This document shows, piece by piece, positions 19,738 through 29,846 of a stretch of DNA of 64,000 bases. Position numbers and translations under genes: made by a program. The DNA is taken from contig CAXNJO010000003.1 in the NCBI GenBank assembly GCA_964202905.1, forward strand, positions 192,001 to 256,000, read 5' to 3'. The notes below the pieces were generated by a model. The model worked only from the letters and a program-made list of their open reading frames with translations. It was not told where the DNA came from and ran no database searches. Every line of letters begins with the position of its first letter. Positions within the stretch are counted from its first letter, which is position 1. The DNA comes from Polyangiales bacterium. Its GTDB lineage: Bacteria > Myxococcota_A > Polyangia > Polyangiales > JADJQN01.

Positions 19738-21216
19738 ATGCGTCCCTCGCTTCTCCGTACCCTTGCTCTTGCGCTGCCCGTCGTGGCCCTCGCGCTCTCG
19801 ACCGCCGCCTGCGGGCGCTCGATCCTCGACGTCGATCCGCCCCGCGACGGCGGCGGGAGCGACCTCGGTGACATGGCGCCGCTACCGGACGGCGCGATGC
19901 GAATCTGCGGCGACGCCGTGTGCGAGGCCGACATCGGCGAGACGTGCTCGAGCTGCGCGCGCGACTGCGGCCCCTGCGCCGATTGCGGCGACGGCACGTG
20001 CGACGACACCGGCGGTGAGTCGTGCCTCAGCTGTCCCTCGGACTGCGGCGCGTGCCCCGGCTGCGGCAACGGCATGTGCGAGGACGCGCGCATGGAAGAC
20101 TGCGCCGGCTGCCCCGAGGATTGCGGGGCCTGCGCGACGTGCGGCGACGGCGCCTGCAACGGCATGGAATCGTGCTCCTCGTGCGGCCTCGATTGCGGCG
20201 CGTGCCCCGGCGGCTGCGGCGATGGCACGTGCGGCACGGGCGAGTCCTGCACCTCCTGCCCCGGCGACTGCGGCGTCTGCGACACCTGCGGAAACGGCAC
20301 CTGCAACATGGGCGAGACCTGCACCTCCTGCCCCGGCGACTGCGGCATCTGCGACACCTGCGGAAACGGCACGTGCAACGCGGGTGAGACCTGCTTCTCG
20401 TGCCCCGGCGACTGCGGCCTCTGCGAGACCTGCGGCGACGGCACCTGCAACGCGACCGAGACGTGCTCCTCGTGCTCGACGGATTGCGGCCTGTGCGAGC
20501 GCTGCGGCGACGGCACGTGCAGCACGAGCGAGACGTGCACCTCGTGTTCGGTCGACTGCGGACTCTGCACGACCTGCCCGAACCGCCGCTGCGACGCGAC
20601 CGAGAGCTGCGGCTCCTGCCCGCAGGACTGCGGGCGCTGCGACACCTGCGGCGACGGCTTCTGTCGCGCGACGGACGGCGAGGACTGCCTCACGTGCGCG
20701 CCCGACTGCGACGCGTGCCCGACCTGCGGCGACGGCACCTGCAACGCCGCGACCGAGACGTGCTTCACCTGCCCGGGCGATTGCGGCCGCTGCACGGGCT
20801 GCGGCGACGGGCGCTGCGCGGACCGCGAGGACTGCTCGAGCTGCGCGACCGACTGCGGCACCTGCTCGGTCTGCGGGAACATGGTCTGCGAGACGGATCC
20901 GGCGCGCGGCTTCGAGACCTGCTCGAACTGCACGAGCGACTGCGGCGCCTGCCCGGAGCGCAACTGCTCGGCCGGCCTGATCTGCGTGTTCGGCTGCTTC
21001 GACTTCAGCGGCGGCGGCGGGGGCGGCATCCCCATCCCGATGTTCAGCTGCCTCTCGTCGTGCCTCGCGAGCGTCTGCGCAGACGGCCAGTTCTTCTTGC
21101 AGCAGGTCATCGACTGCGCGGTCGGCTCGTTCGTCGGCGGTGAGTGTCGCGACCTCGACTGCGTGCGCGCCGAGTGCGGCAGCGAGGTGATGGCCTGCCT
21201 GCGCGACCGCTGCTGA
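19738..21216 (+). CDS. Lipoprotein with 14 tandem CGDGxC...ExCxxCxxDCGxC repeats
   Basis: Lipobox TAAC; repeats counted in the translation; helical Cys-rich C-terminus. Confidence 0.85.
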   Translation: MRPSLLRTLALALPVVALALSTAACGRSILDVDPPRDGGGSDLGDMAPLPDGAMRICGDAVCEADIGETCSSCARDCGPCADCGDGTCDDTGGESCLSCPSDCGACPGCGNGMCEDARMEDCAGCPEDCGACATCGDGACNGMESCSSCGLDCGACPGGCGDGTCGTGESCTSCPGDCGVCDTCGNGTCNMGETCTSCPGDCGICDTCGNGTCNAGETCFSCPGDCGLCETCGDGTCNATETCSSCSTDCGLCERCGDGTCSTSETCTSCSVDCGLCTTCPNRRCDATESCGSCPQDCGRCDTCGDGFCRATDGEDCLTCAPDCDACPTCGDGTCNAATETCFTCPGDCGRCTGCGDGRCADREDCSSCATDCGTCSVCGNMVCETDPARGFETCSNCTSDCGACPERNCSAGLICVFGCFDFSGGGGGGIPIPMFSCLSSCLASVCADGQFFLQQVIDCAVGSFVGGECRDLDCVRAECGSEVMACLRDRC

Positions 21217-21258
21217 CCGAGCGCACGATCTCCTTGTAAAACAAGGAGATCGTGCGGA

Positions 21259-21777
21259 TCAGCCGCTCGACCCGGAGCCCTCGGCGGACACCCCGTCGGG
21301 GGCTTCGTCCGTGAGGCGGAGCCACATCGCCGTCTGCGTGCTCTGGTAGACGAGGCGCTCGCCCTGCGTGAACGTGAAAGCGTATTTCGCGAGGATGCGC
21401 GTCGTGCCGCGGCGGACCTGGGTCGCGCGACCGACGAGGCGGAGCGGCTCGCCGGGGATGCGGGCGATCTCGTGAAAGCGTGCCGCTTCGATGCGGGCGC
21501 CGTAGCCTACCCATCCTTCTTGATGGCGTAGCCCGAGCACGTAGTACGCGTGGACGAAGCCGACGATGCCGCTCGCGTGGACCATGAGCCCGCCGGAGAC
21601 GTGTCGCGGGTGCCGGACGGGATGCACGACTTGATCGCGCGTGAGCGGGAGCCCTGCGTCGACGGGCATCCGGCAAACGACCTCGTCACGCGCGGCGTCG
21701 ATGGCGAGGATCTCGTCGATGAGTTGCGCGTCGGGGCCGTAGAAGCAATCGGCGACGAAGTCGGGATCGAGCGGCAT
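21259..21777 (-). CDS. Hotdog-fold (FabA/FabZ-like) hypothetical protein
   Basis: LIDEILAID, HVSGGLMVH, RIEAARFHEIARIPGEPLRL resemble FabZ-like hotdog topology. Confidence 0.5.
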   Translation of the reverse strand: MPLDPDFVADCFYGPDAQLIDEILAIDAARDEVVCRMPVDAGLPLTRDQVVHPVRHPRHVSGGLMVHASGIVGFVHAYYVLGLRHQEGWVGYGARIEAARFHEIARIPGEPLRLVGRATQVRRGTTRILAKYAFTFTQGERLVYQSTQTAMWLRLTDEAPDGVSAEGSGSSG

Positions 21778-21848
21778 GGACCCGTGTGTAGCAGACGCGT
21801 CGGTGCCTCCCGCGCACACGCAGCGCCCACGTCAGGGCTCCGCCGGCA

Positions 21849-22505
21849 TCAGACGCCCGTGGCGTCGGCGGGCCAGATGTACTTGTGCATCTGCAGCTGA
21901 AAGCGCGCGGGCAGCGCGTCCTCGAGCATCCACGCGACCACGGCGCGCGACGCGGGGCCACCGAACACGCACGAGAGCAGCACCGCGCCGCAGCGGGCGC
22001 CGAGCGATTCGCGGCGGATGACGTCGCGCGCCCACTCGTAGTCGGCGCGGCTCGCGAGCACGAACTTCACCTCGTCGCGCGGCGTGAGCAGCGCGAGGTT
22101 CTCCCAGCGGTTGCGGTGCGACTCGCCGCTGCCCGGCGCCTTGAGATCGACGATGCGGTGCACGCGCGGATCGACGCGCGCGATGTCGCGCTCACCGCTC
22201 GTCTCGACGAGCACGGTGCGCCCCGCGTCGCAGAGCTCGGTGAGCAGCGGGATCGCGCCCGGCTGCAGGAGCGGCTCGCCCCCCGTGAGCTCGACGAGCG
22301 GGGCGCCCGACGCGAGGGCCCGCTCGAGCACCTCCGCGCGCGGCAGGCGCGTGCCGCCGTAGAAGGCGTGCGGCGTGTCGCACCACGTGCAGCGCAGGTT
22401 GCAGCCGGTGAGGCGAACGAAGGTGCAAGGCTGTCCGGCGAAGGACGACTCCCCTTGGATCGACGTGTAGATCTCGTGGACGACGAGCGTGTCTTCCTTC
22501 GCCAT
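21849..22505 (-). CDS. queE: 7-carboxy-7-deazaguanine synthase (radical SAM)
   Basis: EIYTSIQGES, FVRLTGCNLRCTWCDT, LTGGEPLLQ, ETSG, QMHKYIW. Confidence 0.92.
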   Translation of the reverse strand: MAKEDTLVVHEIYTSIQGESSFAGQPCTFVRLTGCNLRCTWCDTPHAFYGGTRLPRAEVLERALASGAPLVELTGGEPLLQPGAIPLLTELCDAGRTVLVETSGERDIARVDPRVHRIVDLKAPGSGESHRNRWENLALLTPRDEVKFVLASRADYEWARDVIRRESLGARCGAVLLSCVFGGPASRAVVAWMLEDALPARFQLQMHKYIWPADATGV

Positions 22506-22604
22506 GCGCAGTGCGCGCAGCGTAGCAGCGCCGCGGCGCACACCGTCCGTCGGCGCGGCACGCGAGGTGGCACGCGGGGTCGTTGCAGTCACAGTAGGCC
22601 CGCG

Positions 22605-24527
22605 ATGACGCGGACCACGACGCCGGCGGACGCCCTCGAGACGCGCCTCGCCGCGCGGTTCGGGCTCTCGTCGTTCCGGCCGTGGCAGCGCGAGGCCGTC
22701 GACGCGCTGCTCCACGGCGCGGGGCGCGCGCTGGTCGTGGCGCCGACGGGCGGCGGCAAGTCGCTCACGTACCAGTTCCCGGCGACGGAGCTGCCGGGCA
22801 CGACGGTCGTCGTCTCACCGCTGATCGCGCTGATGGAGGATCAGGTCCGCGGCCTCGCCGCGCGCGGCATCCCCGCGACGTACCTCGCCTCGAACGTCGA
22901 GGCGGACGAACGCCGCCGACGCGAGCGCGCGCTCTTCGCGGGCGAGTACAAGCTCGTCTACGTCGCGCCCGAGCGCCTCGCGATGTCCGGCGTCATCGAC
23001 GCGCTCGCGCGACTCGCGCCGCCGCTCATCGCGATCGACGAGGCGCACTGCATCTCGCAGTGGGGACACGATTTCCGCCCGGATTACCTGAGGCTCGCGG
23101 AGGTGCTCGAGCGCCTCGCGCCGCCGCGCATCCTCGCGTGCACGGCCACCGCGACGCCGGGCGTACGCCGCGAGATCCTCGAGCGTCTCGGCCTCGACGG
23201 CCCGGACACGAAGGTCGTGCTGCGCGGTTTCGCGCGGCCCAACTTGCACCTCGCCTCGCTCGAGGTGGACTCCGCGAAGGATCGCCAGCGCGCGATCCTC
23301 GGCGCGATCCGCGAGGCGATCGGCGCGCCCTCCGCGCCCACCGGCGGCGTCATCGTCTACGCCGCGACGCGCAAGGCGACCGAGCAGCTCGCCGACGCGA
23401 TCCGCGGCGCGGGCTACGCCGTCGACGCCTACCACGCGGGACTCGAGCCCGACGTGCGCGCGGGCGTGAGCCGCGTCTTCGCGGAGCGGAAGCTCGCGGT
23501 CGTCGTCGCGACCAACGCCTTCGGGATGGGCATCGATCGCGCCGACATCCGCGCGGTCGTCCACGCGAACGCGCCCGGATCGATCGAGGCCTATTACCAG
23601 GAGGTCGGCCGCGCGGGCCGCGACGGCGATCCCGCGCACGGGCTGCTGCTCACCGCGTCGAGCGATCTCGGGCTGCGGCGCCGTCTCCTCGAGCGCAGCG
23701 CACCCGACGGCACCGCGCCCGAGCCCGCGCAGGTCGAGCGGCAGTGGCGCATGTTCCTCGACCTCATGCGCTACGTCGAGGCGGGCAGCTGCCGCCACGA
23801 CTTCATCCTCCGCTACTTCGGCGACGAGCAGGAGACGCTCGGCGGATGCGGTCACTGCGATGTGTGCGAGCGACTCGGTGGCGCGAGCGGCGCAGACGCG
23901 GAGGCCGGCGCGTCGGACGAGGACGCGCTCATCGTGCGCAAGGCGCTCGCGGGCGTCGCACGGAACCGCGGCCGCTGTGGCCTCAACCTCGTCGCGGACA
24001 TGCTCTCGGGCGCGACGAGCACACGGCTCACGGAGGTCGGGCTCGACACGCTGAGCACGTTCGGCCTTTTGCGCGATCGCGCGCGCCCTTGGGTGCTCGC
24101 GCTGCTTCGGCGGCTCATCACGGCGGGGCTCGTCGACATCACGCCGACCGAATACCCGGTGCCGATCCTCACGCGCGCCGGGCACGAGACGATGATGGGG
24201 ACGCGCCCCGTGCGCTTGCTGCTGCCCGACCCGGACGCCGGCACCGTCCGCGGTGCGCGCAACAAGCGCACGGGCGCCGCGCGCCGCGTCGAGGCGCCCG
24301 TGCCCGCGGGCGTCGACGCCGGGCTCTTCGAGCGGCTCCGCGAGGCGCGGCTCGCGCTCGCGAAGGAACACCGCGTCCCCGCCTACGTCGTCGCGCCGGA
24401 CCGCACGCTGCTCGAGCTCGCGGCGCTGCGCCCGCGCTCGCGCGGCGAGCTCGCGGGCGTGCACGGCATGGGCCCCGCGCGCATCGACGCGTGGGGCGAT
24501 GCCCTGATTGCGGTAATCAGCGCTTGA
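22605..24527 (+). CDS. recQ: RecQ family DNA helicase with RQC and HRDC domains
   Basis: PTGGGKS, DEAHCISQWGHDFRP, ATNAFGMGID, QEVGRAGRDG, CR...YFG...CGHCDVC, HRDC VPAYVV. Confidence 0.93.
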   Translation: MTRTTTPADALETRLAARFGLSSFRPWQREAVDALLHGAGRALVVAPTGGGKSLTYQFPATELPGTTVVVSPLIALMEDQVRGLAARGIPATYLASNVEADERRRRERALFAGEYKLVYVAPERLAMSGVIDALARLAPPLIAIDEAHCISQWGHDFRPDYLRLAEVLERLAPPRILACTATATPGVRREILERLGLDGPDTKVVLRGFARPNLHLASLEVDSAKDRQRAILGAIREAIGAPSAPTGGVIVYAATRKATEQLADAIRGAGYAVDAYHAGLEPDVRAGVSRVFAERKLAVVVATNAFGMGIDRADIRAVVHANAPGSIEAYYQEVGRAGRDGDPAHGLLLTASSDLGLRRRLLERSAPDGTAPEPAQVERQWRMFLDLMRYVEAGSCRHDFILRYFGDEQETLGGCGHCDVCERLGGASGADAEAGASDEDALIVRKALAGVARNRGRCGLNLVADMLSGATSTRLTEVGLDTLSTFGLLRDRARPWVLALLRRLITAGLVDITPTEYPVPILTRAGHETMMGTRPVRLLLPDPDAGTVRGARNKRTGAARRVEAPVPAGVDAGLFERLREARLALAKEHRVPAYVVAPDRTLLELAALRPRSRGELAGVHGMGPARIDAWGDALIAVISA

Positions 24528-26046
24528 GCTCGCGCTTGAGGATCTTCCCCGTCGGGCCCTTCGGCAGCGACGCGATGATCTCGACGCTGCGCGGGTATTT
24601 GTAGGCGGCGACGCGCTCCTTGCACCACGCGACGAGCTCGTCCGGGGTCGCCGCCGCGCCCGGCTTGAGCGCGACGACGGCCTTCACCTCTTCGCCGTGC
24701 AGCGGGTCTGGAATACCAATCACCGCAGCCTCCGCGACAGCCGGGTGCGCGTAGAGGATCTCCTCGATCTCGCGCGGATACACGTTGAAGCCGCCGCGGA
24801 TGATCATGTCCTTCTTGCGGTCGACGATGAAGTAGAAGCCGTCGGCGTCGACGTGCGCGACATCACCCGTCTTGAACCAACCGCCGCGGATCGACTCGGC
24901 CGTCGCCTCGGGCTTGCGCCAATAACCCTTCATCACATTGTGGCCCTTGATCTCGATCTCGCCGGGCACGAGCGGCTCGGTGATCAGCACGCCGCGCTCG
25001 TCGACGAGGCGGAACTCGACGCCGTCGATCGGCAATCCGATGCTGCCAGGCTTCTTCGGGCGGTCGAGCACGCTGAAGCTCGCGACGGGCGACGTCTCGC
25101 TGAGCCCATATCCCTCGAGGATGTTCACACCGTATTTCGCGTCGAAGGCGCCCATCACCTCGACGGGCATCGCCGCGCCGCCGGAGACGCAATAACGCAA
25201 GGCGCTCACGTCGTAATTCGCGGCGTCAGCGTAATGCAGCATCGCGAAATACATCGTGGGCACGCCGGCAAACAGCGTGATGCGATGTTTCGCGAGCAGC
25301 GTGAAGGCCGATTGCGGGTCGAAGCGCGGAAGGAGCACGAGCGCGCCGCCGCGGCCGAGCAGCGCGTTCTGTACGGCCGTCTGCCCGAAGCTGTGGAAGA
25401 GCGGGAGGGTCGCCAGCGCGACGTCGTCGGGGCCGAGCGGCAACAGCTTCGTCGCCATGTACTCGGCGTTGTAGAAGAGGTTGAAGTGCGTGAGCTCCGC
25501 GCCCTTCGCGCGTCCCGTCGTGCCCGAGGTGTAGAGAATCACCGCCGTGTCGTCGGGCATCGTGTCGGACAGCTCGAGCACGGGCTCGGCCCCGGCGAGC
25601 GCCGCCGCGAAGCTCACCGTGCCCTCGGGTGCCGACGTGTCCTTCGGGTCGGCCTTCACGACGATCAGGTGGCGACAGCCCGCGACGCGGTCGAAGCCCG
25701 CGCGCGCCTGCTCGTAGAAGCCCTCCCACACCACGAGCGCCGCGGCCGCGCTGTCCTCGAGGTGGTAGGCAATCTCGTCGGCCATGAGCAGCACGTTGAG
25801 CGGCACGACGGGATTGGCGGCGCAGTGCGCGCCAAAATACCCGATCGGGAAATGCGGCACGTTCGGCAACATCAGCGCGACGTGCTCGCCGCGCGCGACG
25901 CCGAGCTTGCCGAGCGCGCCGGCGAAGCGTTGCGCCCGCGCGTGCAGCGTGGCGTGGTCGATCGTGACATCCCCCACGTGGATGGCCGGGCGGCCGGGAT
26001 ATTTGCGCGCGCTCGTGCGCACGATCGTCGCGAGATTGAGCGTCAT
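24517..26046 (-). CDS. Long-chain fatty acid-CoA ligase
   Basis: LYTSGTTGRAKG, EGYGLSETSP, TGDV, DRKKDMIIRGGFNVYPREIE, PKGPTGKILK. Confidence 0.94.
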   Translation of the reverse strand: MTLNLATIVRTSARKYPGRPAIHVGDVTIDHATLHARAQRFAGALGKLGVARGEHVALMLPNVPHFPIGYFGAHCAANPVVPLNVLLMADEIAYHLEDSAAAALVVWEGFYEQARAGFDRVAGCRHLIVVKADPKDTSAPEGTVSFAAALAGAEPVLELSDTMPDDTAVILYTSGTTGRAKGAELTHFNLFYNAEYMATKLLPLGPDDVALATLPLFHSFGQTAVQNALLGRGGALVLLPRFDPQSAFTLLAKHRITLFAGVPTMYFAMLHYADAANYDVSALRYCVSGGAAMPVEVMGAFDAKYGVNILEGYGLSETSPVASFSVLDRPKKPGSIGLPIDGVEFRLVDERGVLITEPLVPGEIEIKGHNVMKGYWRKPEATAESIRGGWFKTGDVAHVDADGFYFIVDRKKDMIIRGGFNVYPREIEEILYAHPAVAEAAVIGIPDPLHGEEVKAVVALKPGAAATPDELVAWCKERVAAYKYPRSVEIIASLPKGPTGKILKRELKR

Positions 26047-26059
26047 CGTCGTCTCCGTC

Positions 26060-26542
26060 CTACCAGCGGTGATATGCGGGATGCCCCTCGCCGACCGCGA
26101 CGAAGGTGCCCCGGCAGGTCGCCGTCACCTTGCCGCCCGCCGTGATCGTGGCCTCGACCAGCGCGCGCGGGCCGCTCGACTCGACGACGTGCGCCGCGAG
26201 CGCGAGCGGTTCGCCCATCGGCGTCGGGCGGCGCAGCGTCACGTGGAAATCGGCCGTCACGGTGCAGGGCGGCGCGTCGAGACCGTCGCGATCCATCAGG
26301 TGGATGCACGCCGCCCAGTTCGCATGGCAATCGAGCAACGCGCCGCAAATCCCACCATTGAGCACGCCTGGAAAGGCGTGATGGAAAGGCTGCGGCGTGA
26401 ACGTCGCGACGAGCCCCTCCGCGGGATTCGGCGCGCGAAACGAGCGCAATTGCAGGCCCTGCGCGTTCCCCGGACCGCAGCCGAAACAGATGCTCCGTGC
26501 GGCGAAGTGCTCTTGCAAACTGATGTCGTGGACGCCGCTCAT
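26060..26542 (-). CDS. PaaI family thioesterase
   Basis: CFGCGPGN..GL, FPGVLNGG...LLDCH, VTADFHVTLRRPTP. Confidence 0.88.
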   Translation of the reverse strand: MSGVHDISLQEHFAARSICFGCGPGNAQGLQLRSFRAPNPAEGLVATFTPQPFHHAFPGVLNGGICGALLDCHANWAACIHLMDRDGLDAPPCTVTADFHVTLRRPTPMGEPLALAAHVVESSGPRALVEATITAGGKVTATCRGTFVAVGEGHPAYHRW

Positions 26543-26549
26543 GCCGCGC

Positions 26550-27731
26550 TCACGGGGCGCGCGTGCCGGTGACGGCGACGGTGATCGGCGCGCAACCGCT
26601 CAGCGTGCACGAGATACCGTCCGTCTCGACGTACGTGGACGTCCACGTCCCGGTGAAGGTGTTGGCATCGCTGAACATGCCCACGAGTCGGTACGTCTCG
26701 GTACAGCCGCCCGTCACCTGATACGACACGTCGAAACTGCCGCCCATCGGGCCCGTCGGGCTCGTCGGCCCGGGCTGCGTGAGCGTGAACGAGCCCGCCA
26801 TCACCTGGAGGATCCCGCCCACGTACGTGAAGCGCATCGTCGAGATGTTGTAATTCACCATGCCGAACGCGCAGTTCTGCGTCGGCGGCGGCGCGATCGA
26901 GAAGGTGCCGTTGTAGTCGATCGGCGCCTCCGGACACATGACGCAGATCGTGTCCGTGTCGTCGCAGGTGAATACGCAGCTGTCGGAGACGGTGTCGCAC
27001 GTCTCCGTCGTGCACGGATCGCGGTCGTTGCAGTCGCGCGGTGCGGGCGAGGGCTGGCAGCCGAACTCGGGATCGCAGACCTCTTCGCCGTTGCAGAAAT
27101 TGCCGTCGTCGCAGTCGGCCGCGACGGTGCAGGGCATGGGGGTGAAACAGCCGGTGCGCCCGCAGACTTCGTCCCCCGTGCAGAGCGAGTCGAGCGGGGT
27201 ATTCATGCACACATTGCCGACCGCGCACATGTCGACGGTGCACGCGATCATGTCGTTGCAATCGGCGTCGGAGGCGCAGCCCGTGCGGCGGCAGCCCATC
27301 GCCACATCACACGTCTCGCCCGCGCCCGCGCAGAGCCGATCGAGCGGCATATGGCTGCACACGCCGCCGACACCGCAGGAGTCGAAGGTGCAGTCGATGG
27401 TGTCGTCGCAGTCGGCGTTCGCGGTGCACGCGCTGCCCGCGCGGCAGCCGCTCGTCGCGCTGCACGACTGCCCGGTCGGGCAGAGCGCGTCGAGCGCGCT
27501 GTGTTCGCAAAGGCCTGCGACGTTGCAGGTGTCGACGGTGCACGCGATGGCGTCGTCGCAGTCGGCCGCCAGCAGGCAGCGCGCGCCGCCGTCCGGTCGC
27601 GGACGGTCGTCGCTGCCACCGCACGCCGCGAGGAGAAACACGCCCATCCCGAGCGGCGCGAACACCCACGCTCGCCGCGCGGCGCGCATCTCCGACATGC
27701 CCGCTTGTCCCGCCGAGGATCCGATCTTCAT
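26550..27731 (-). CDS. Cys-rich lipoprotein (CDD..CT.D.C repeats) with C-terminal beta domain
   Basis: Lipobox LAAC; repeats ADCDD.I.CT.D.C; C-terminal DYNGTF...FTGTWT. Start uncertain. Confidence 0.75.
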   Translation of the reverse strand: MKIGSSAGQAGMSEMRAARRAWVFAPLGMGVFLLAACGGSDDRPRPDGGARCLLAADCDDAIACTVDTCNVAGLCEHSALDALCPTGQSCSATSGCRAGSACTANADCDDTIDCTFDSCGVGGVCSHMPLDRLCAGAGETCDVAMGCRRTGCASDADCNDMIACTVDMCAVGNVCMNTPLDSLCTGDEVCGRTGCFTPMPCTVAADCDDGNFCNGEEVCDPEFGCQPSPAPRDCNDRDPCTTETCDTVSDSCVFTCDDTDTICVMCPEAPIDYNGTFSIAPPPTQNCAFGMVNYNISTMRFTYVGGILQVMAGSFTLTQPGPTSPTGPMGGSFDVSYQVTGGCTETYRLVGMFSDANTFTGTWTSTYVETDGISCTLSGCAPITVAVTGTRAP

Positions 27732-27787
27732 GCGCTCTCCCTTCCCATCCACCGGCATCGTCGCCATGCCGCTCATGCCCGCACGCC

Positions 27788-28684
27788 TCACCGCGATGTC
27801 CGTACGCCGACGACGGTCGAGCTCATGCCGGGGCAGAGCCCACAGCTGCCACCGCCGCCTGAGAAATCGGCCGTCCACGTGCCCATGAAGCTGTCGCTGT
27901 TGGAGAACGTGCCCTGCAAGCGATACGTGCCGCAGCCGGGCTGCACGTAGCTCGCGTCGAAGCTCGCGCCCGCGGGCACGGGCGACTGCGCGAGCGGGAA
28001 GCTGCCCGCCGTCACGGTGAGCGCGCTCGCCCCTGCGCTGAAGCTCACGCTGCTGATCGAATACGTCGCTGCGCCGCAGCCCGAGCTCTGCGCGGGCACG
28101 AGGAGAAAGCGGCCGGCGTAGTCTCGCGGCGCCTCGAAAGGCCCTGCCCCCGCATCGCCCCGTGCGACGCCCGCATCGCAGCCCGACGCCGTCTCGCGCA
28201 CGCAGCGATCGAGGGAGACATCGCAGGTGTCGACCGTGCACGCATTGCCGTCGTCGCAGTCTTCTGGGAGCGGCATCACGCAGGTGCGGCCGACGCAGCG
28301 CTCCGTGCCGTTGCAGAAGTTGCCGTCGTCGCAGTCCGCGTCGCCTGTGCACGCGGTGCCGCCGCGCCGGATGCAGCCGGTGCCGACGACGCACGACTCG
28401 CCCATCGCGCACATCGCGTCGATGGGCGTGTGCGTGCAAGCGCCCGACACGCCGCAACCGTCGAGCGTGCACGCGAAGCCGTCGTCGCACTGCGCGGCGG
28501 AGGTGCAGCGCACCTCGCCGAGATCGGGCGCGCCGAGGTCCGACGAGCCCCCATCACGCGCGGGCCCGGGCCCCGTGCGCGAGTCCTTCGTGCAGGCCGC
28601 AGAGAGCAGCGCGAGCGCGGCGAGCAGCCACGCGAGGGACGTGAAAAGGAGGCTCGCTGAGCCTCGCGACGGTACGGCGCGCAT
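27788..28684 (-). CDS. Cys-rich lipoprotein, paralogue of the downstream gene
   Basis: Lipobox SAAC; same repeats; C-terminal DYAGRF...FMGTWT. Confidence 0.75.
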   Translation of the reverse strand: MRAVPSRGSASLLFTSLAWLLAALALLSAACTKDSRTGPGPARDGGSSDLGAPDLGEVRCTSAAQCDDGFACTLDGCGVSGACTHTPIDAMCAMGESCVVGTGCIRRGGTACTGDADCDDGNFCNGTERCVGRTCVMPLPEDCDDGNACTVDTCDVSLDRCVRETASGCDAGVARGDAGAGPFEAPRDYAGRFLLVPAQSSGCGAATYSISSVSFSAGASALTVTAGSFPLAQSPVPAGASFDASYVQPGCGTYRLQGTFSNSDSFMGTWTADFSGGGGSCGLCPGMSSTVVGVRTSR

Positions 28685-28789
28685 GGGGATGCGACGGTAG
28701 TCCCCGCGGCGGCGGGGAGTCAACGACACACGATGCGCACGCGGGTCATGGCACCATGCGCGGCCACACACCCGGGGAGACGACACGGC

Positions 28790-29788
28790 ATGAGCGACGA
28801 GACGCGGAGCGGAGCAGCAACGGCCACGACGACGGGGGGAGCGAGGCGCACCCTCTATCCGCCGATCGAGCCGTATCGCCGGGGCACGCTGCGCGTCGAC
28901 GATGTGCACACGTTGTATGTCGAGGAGTCTGGCAACCCGCGCGGCATCCCCGTGGTGTTCGTGCACGGCGGACCGGGCGGCGGCACCGATCCGCGGCAGC
29001 GGCGCTTTTTCGATCCTGCGCGCTATCGCATCGTGCTCTTCGATCAGCGCGGCTGCGGCCAGAGCACGCCGCACGCGTCGCTCACCGACAACACCACCTG
29101 GCACCTCGTCGCCGACATGGAGCGGCTGCGCGCGCACCTCGGCATCGCGCGCTGGCATGTCTTCGGCGGCTCGTGGGGCTCGACGCTCGCGCTCGCCTAC
29201 GCGCAGACGCACCCCGACTGCGTCAGCGCGCTCATCCTCCGTGGCATTTTCTTGCTTCGGCGCCGCGAGATCGAGTGGTTCTACCAGGAGGGCGCGAGTC
29301 GCCTCTTCCCCGATGCGTGGGAGAGCTATCTCGCGCCGATTCCTGCCGAAGAGCGCGGGGATCTGTTGAGTGCCTATCACCGCCGCCTCACCGGCGACGA
29401 CGTGGAGGCGCGCCTCGCCGCCGCGCAGGCATGGAGCATCTGGGAGGGCTCGACGAGCACGCTGATCACCGATCTCGATCTCGTGCGACGCACCGGCGAC
29501 CCGACCTTCGCCCTCGCGTTCGCACGCATCGAATGCCACTACTTCGTGAACCGTGGATTTCTCGAGCGCGACGACCAGCTCCTCGCGCACGTCGACCGCA
29601 TCCGCCACATCCCGTGCGTGATCGTGCAGGGCCGCTACGACGTCGTGTGCCCCGCCGAGAGCGCCTGGGCCCTGCACCGCGCGTGGCCCGAGTCCGAGTT
29701 GCACATCGTGCCCGACGCGGGGCACAGCGCGATGGAGGCGGGCATCGTGAGCGCGCTTATCGCAGCAACCGATCGGCTGGGTGGGTGA
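28790..29788 (+). CDS. pip: Proline iminopeptidase
   Basis: LYPPIEPY, HGGPGGG, FDQRGCG, FGGSWGS, ARIECHYF, QGRYDVVCP, AGHS. Confidence 0.96.
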   Translation: MSDETRSGAATATTTGGARRTLYPPIEPYRRGTLRVDDVHTLYVEESGNPRGIPVVFVHGGPGGGTDPRQRRFFDPARYRIVLFDQRGCGQSTPHASLTDNTTWHLVADMERLRAHLGIARWHVFGGSWGSTLALAYAQTHPDCVSALILRGIFLLRRREIEWFYQEGASRLFPDAWESYLAPIPAEERGDLLSAYHRRLTGDDVEARLAAAQAWSIWEGSTSTLITDLDLVRRTGDPTFALAFARIECHYFVNRGFLERDDQLLAHVDRIRHIPCVIVQGRYDVVCPAESAWALHRAWPESELHIVPDAGHSAMEAGIVSALIAATDRLGG

Positions 29789-29846
29789 GGGACCATCGCG
29801 CCGATAGACATCCACGCCATCGCCCACGCCGTTTTGTAAGCCGCGC

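Noticed and set aside
21849..22505. queE as part of a 7-deazaguanine DNA-modification island
   Set aside because: No dpdA/tgt-like, queC, queD or folE neighbours; ordinary queuosine pathway gene.
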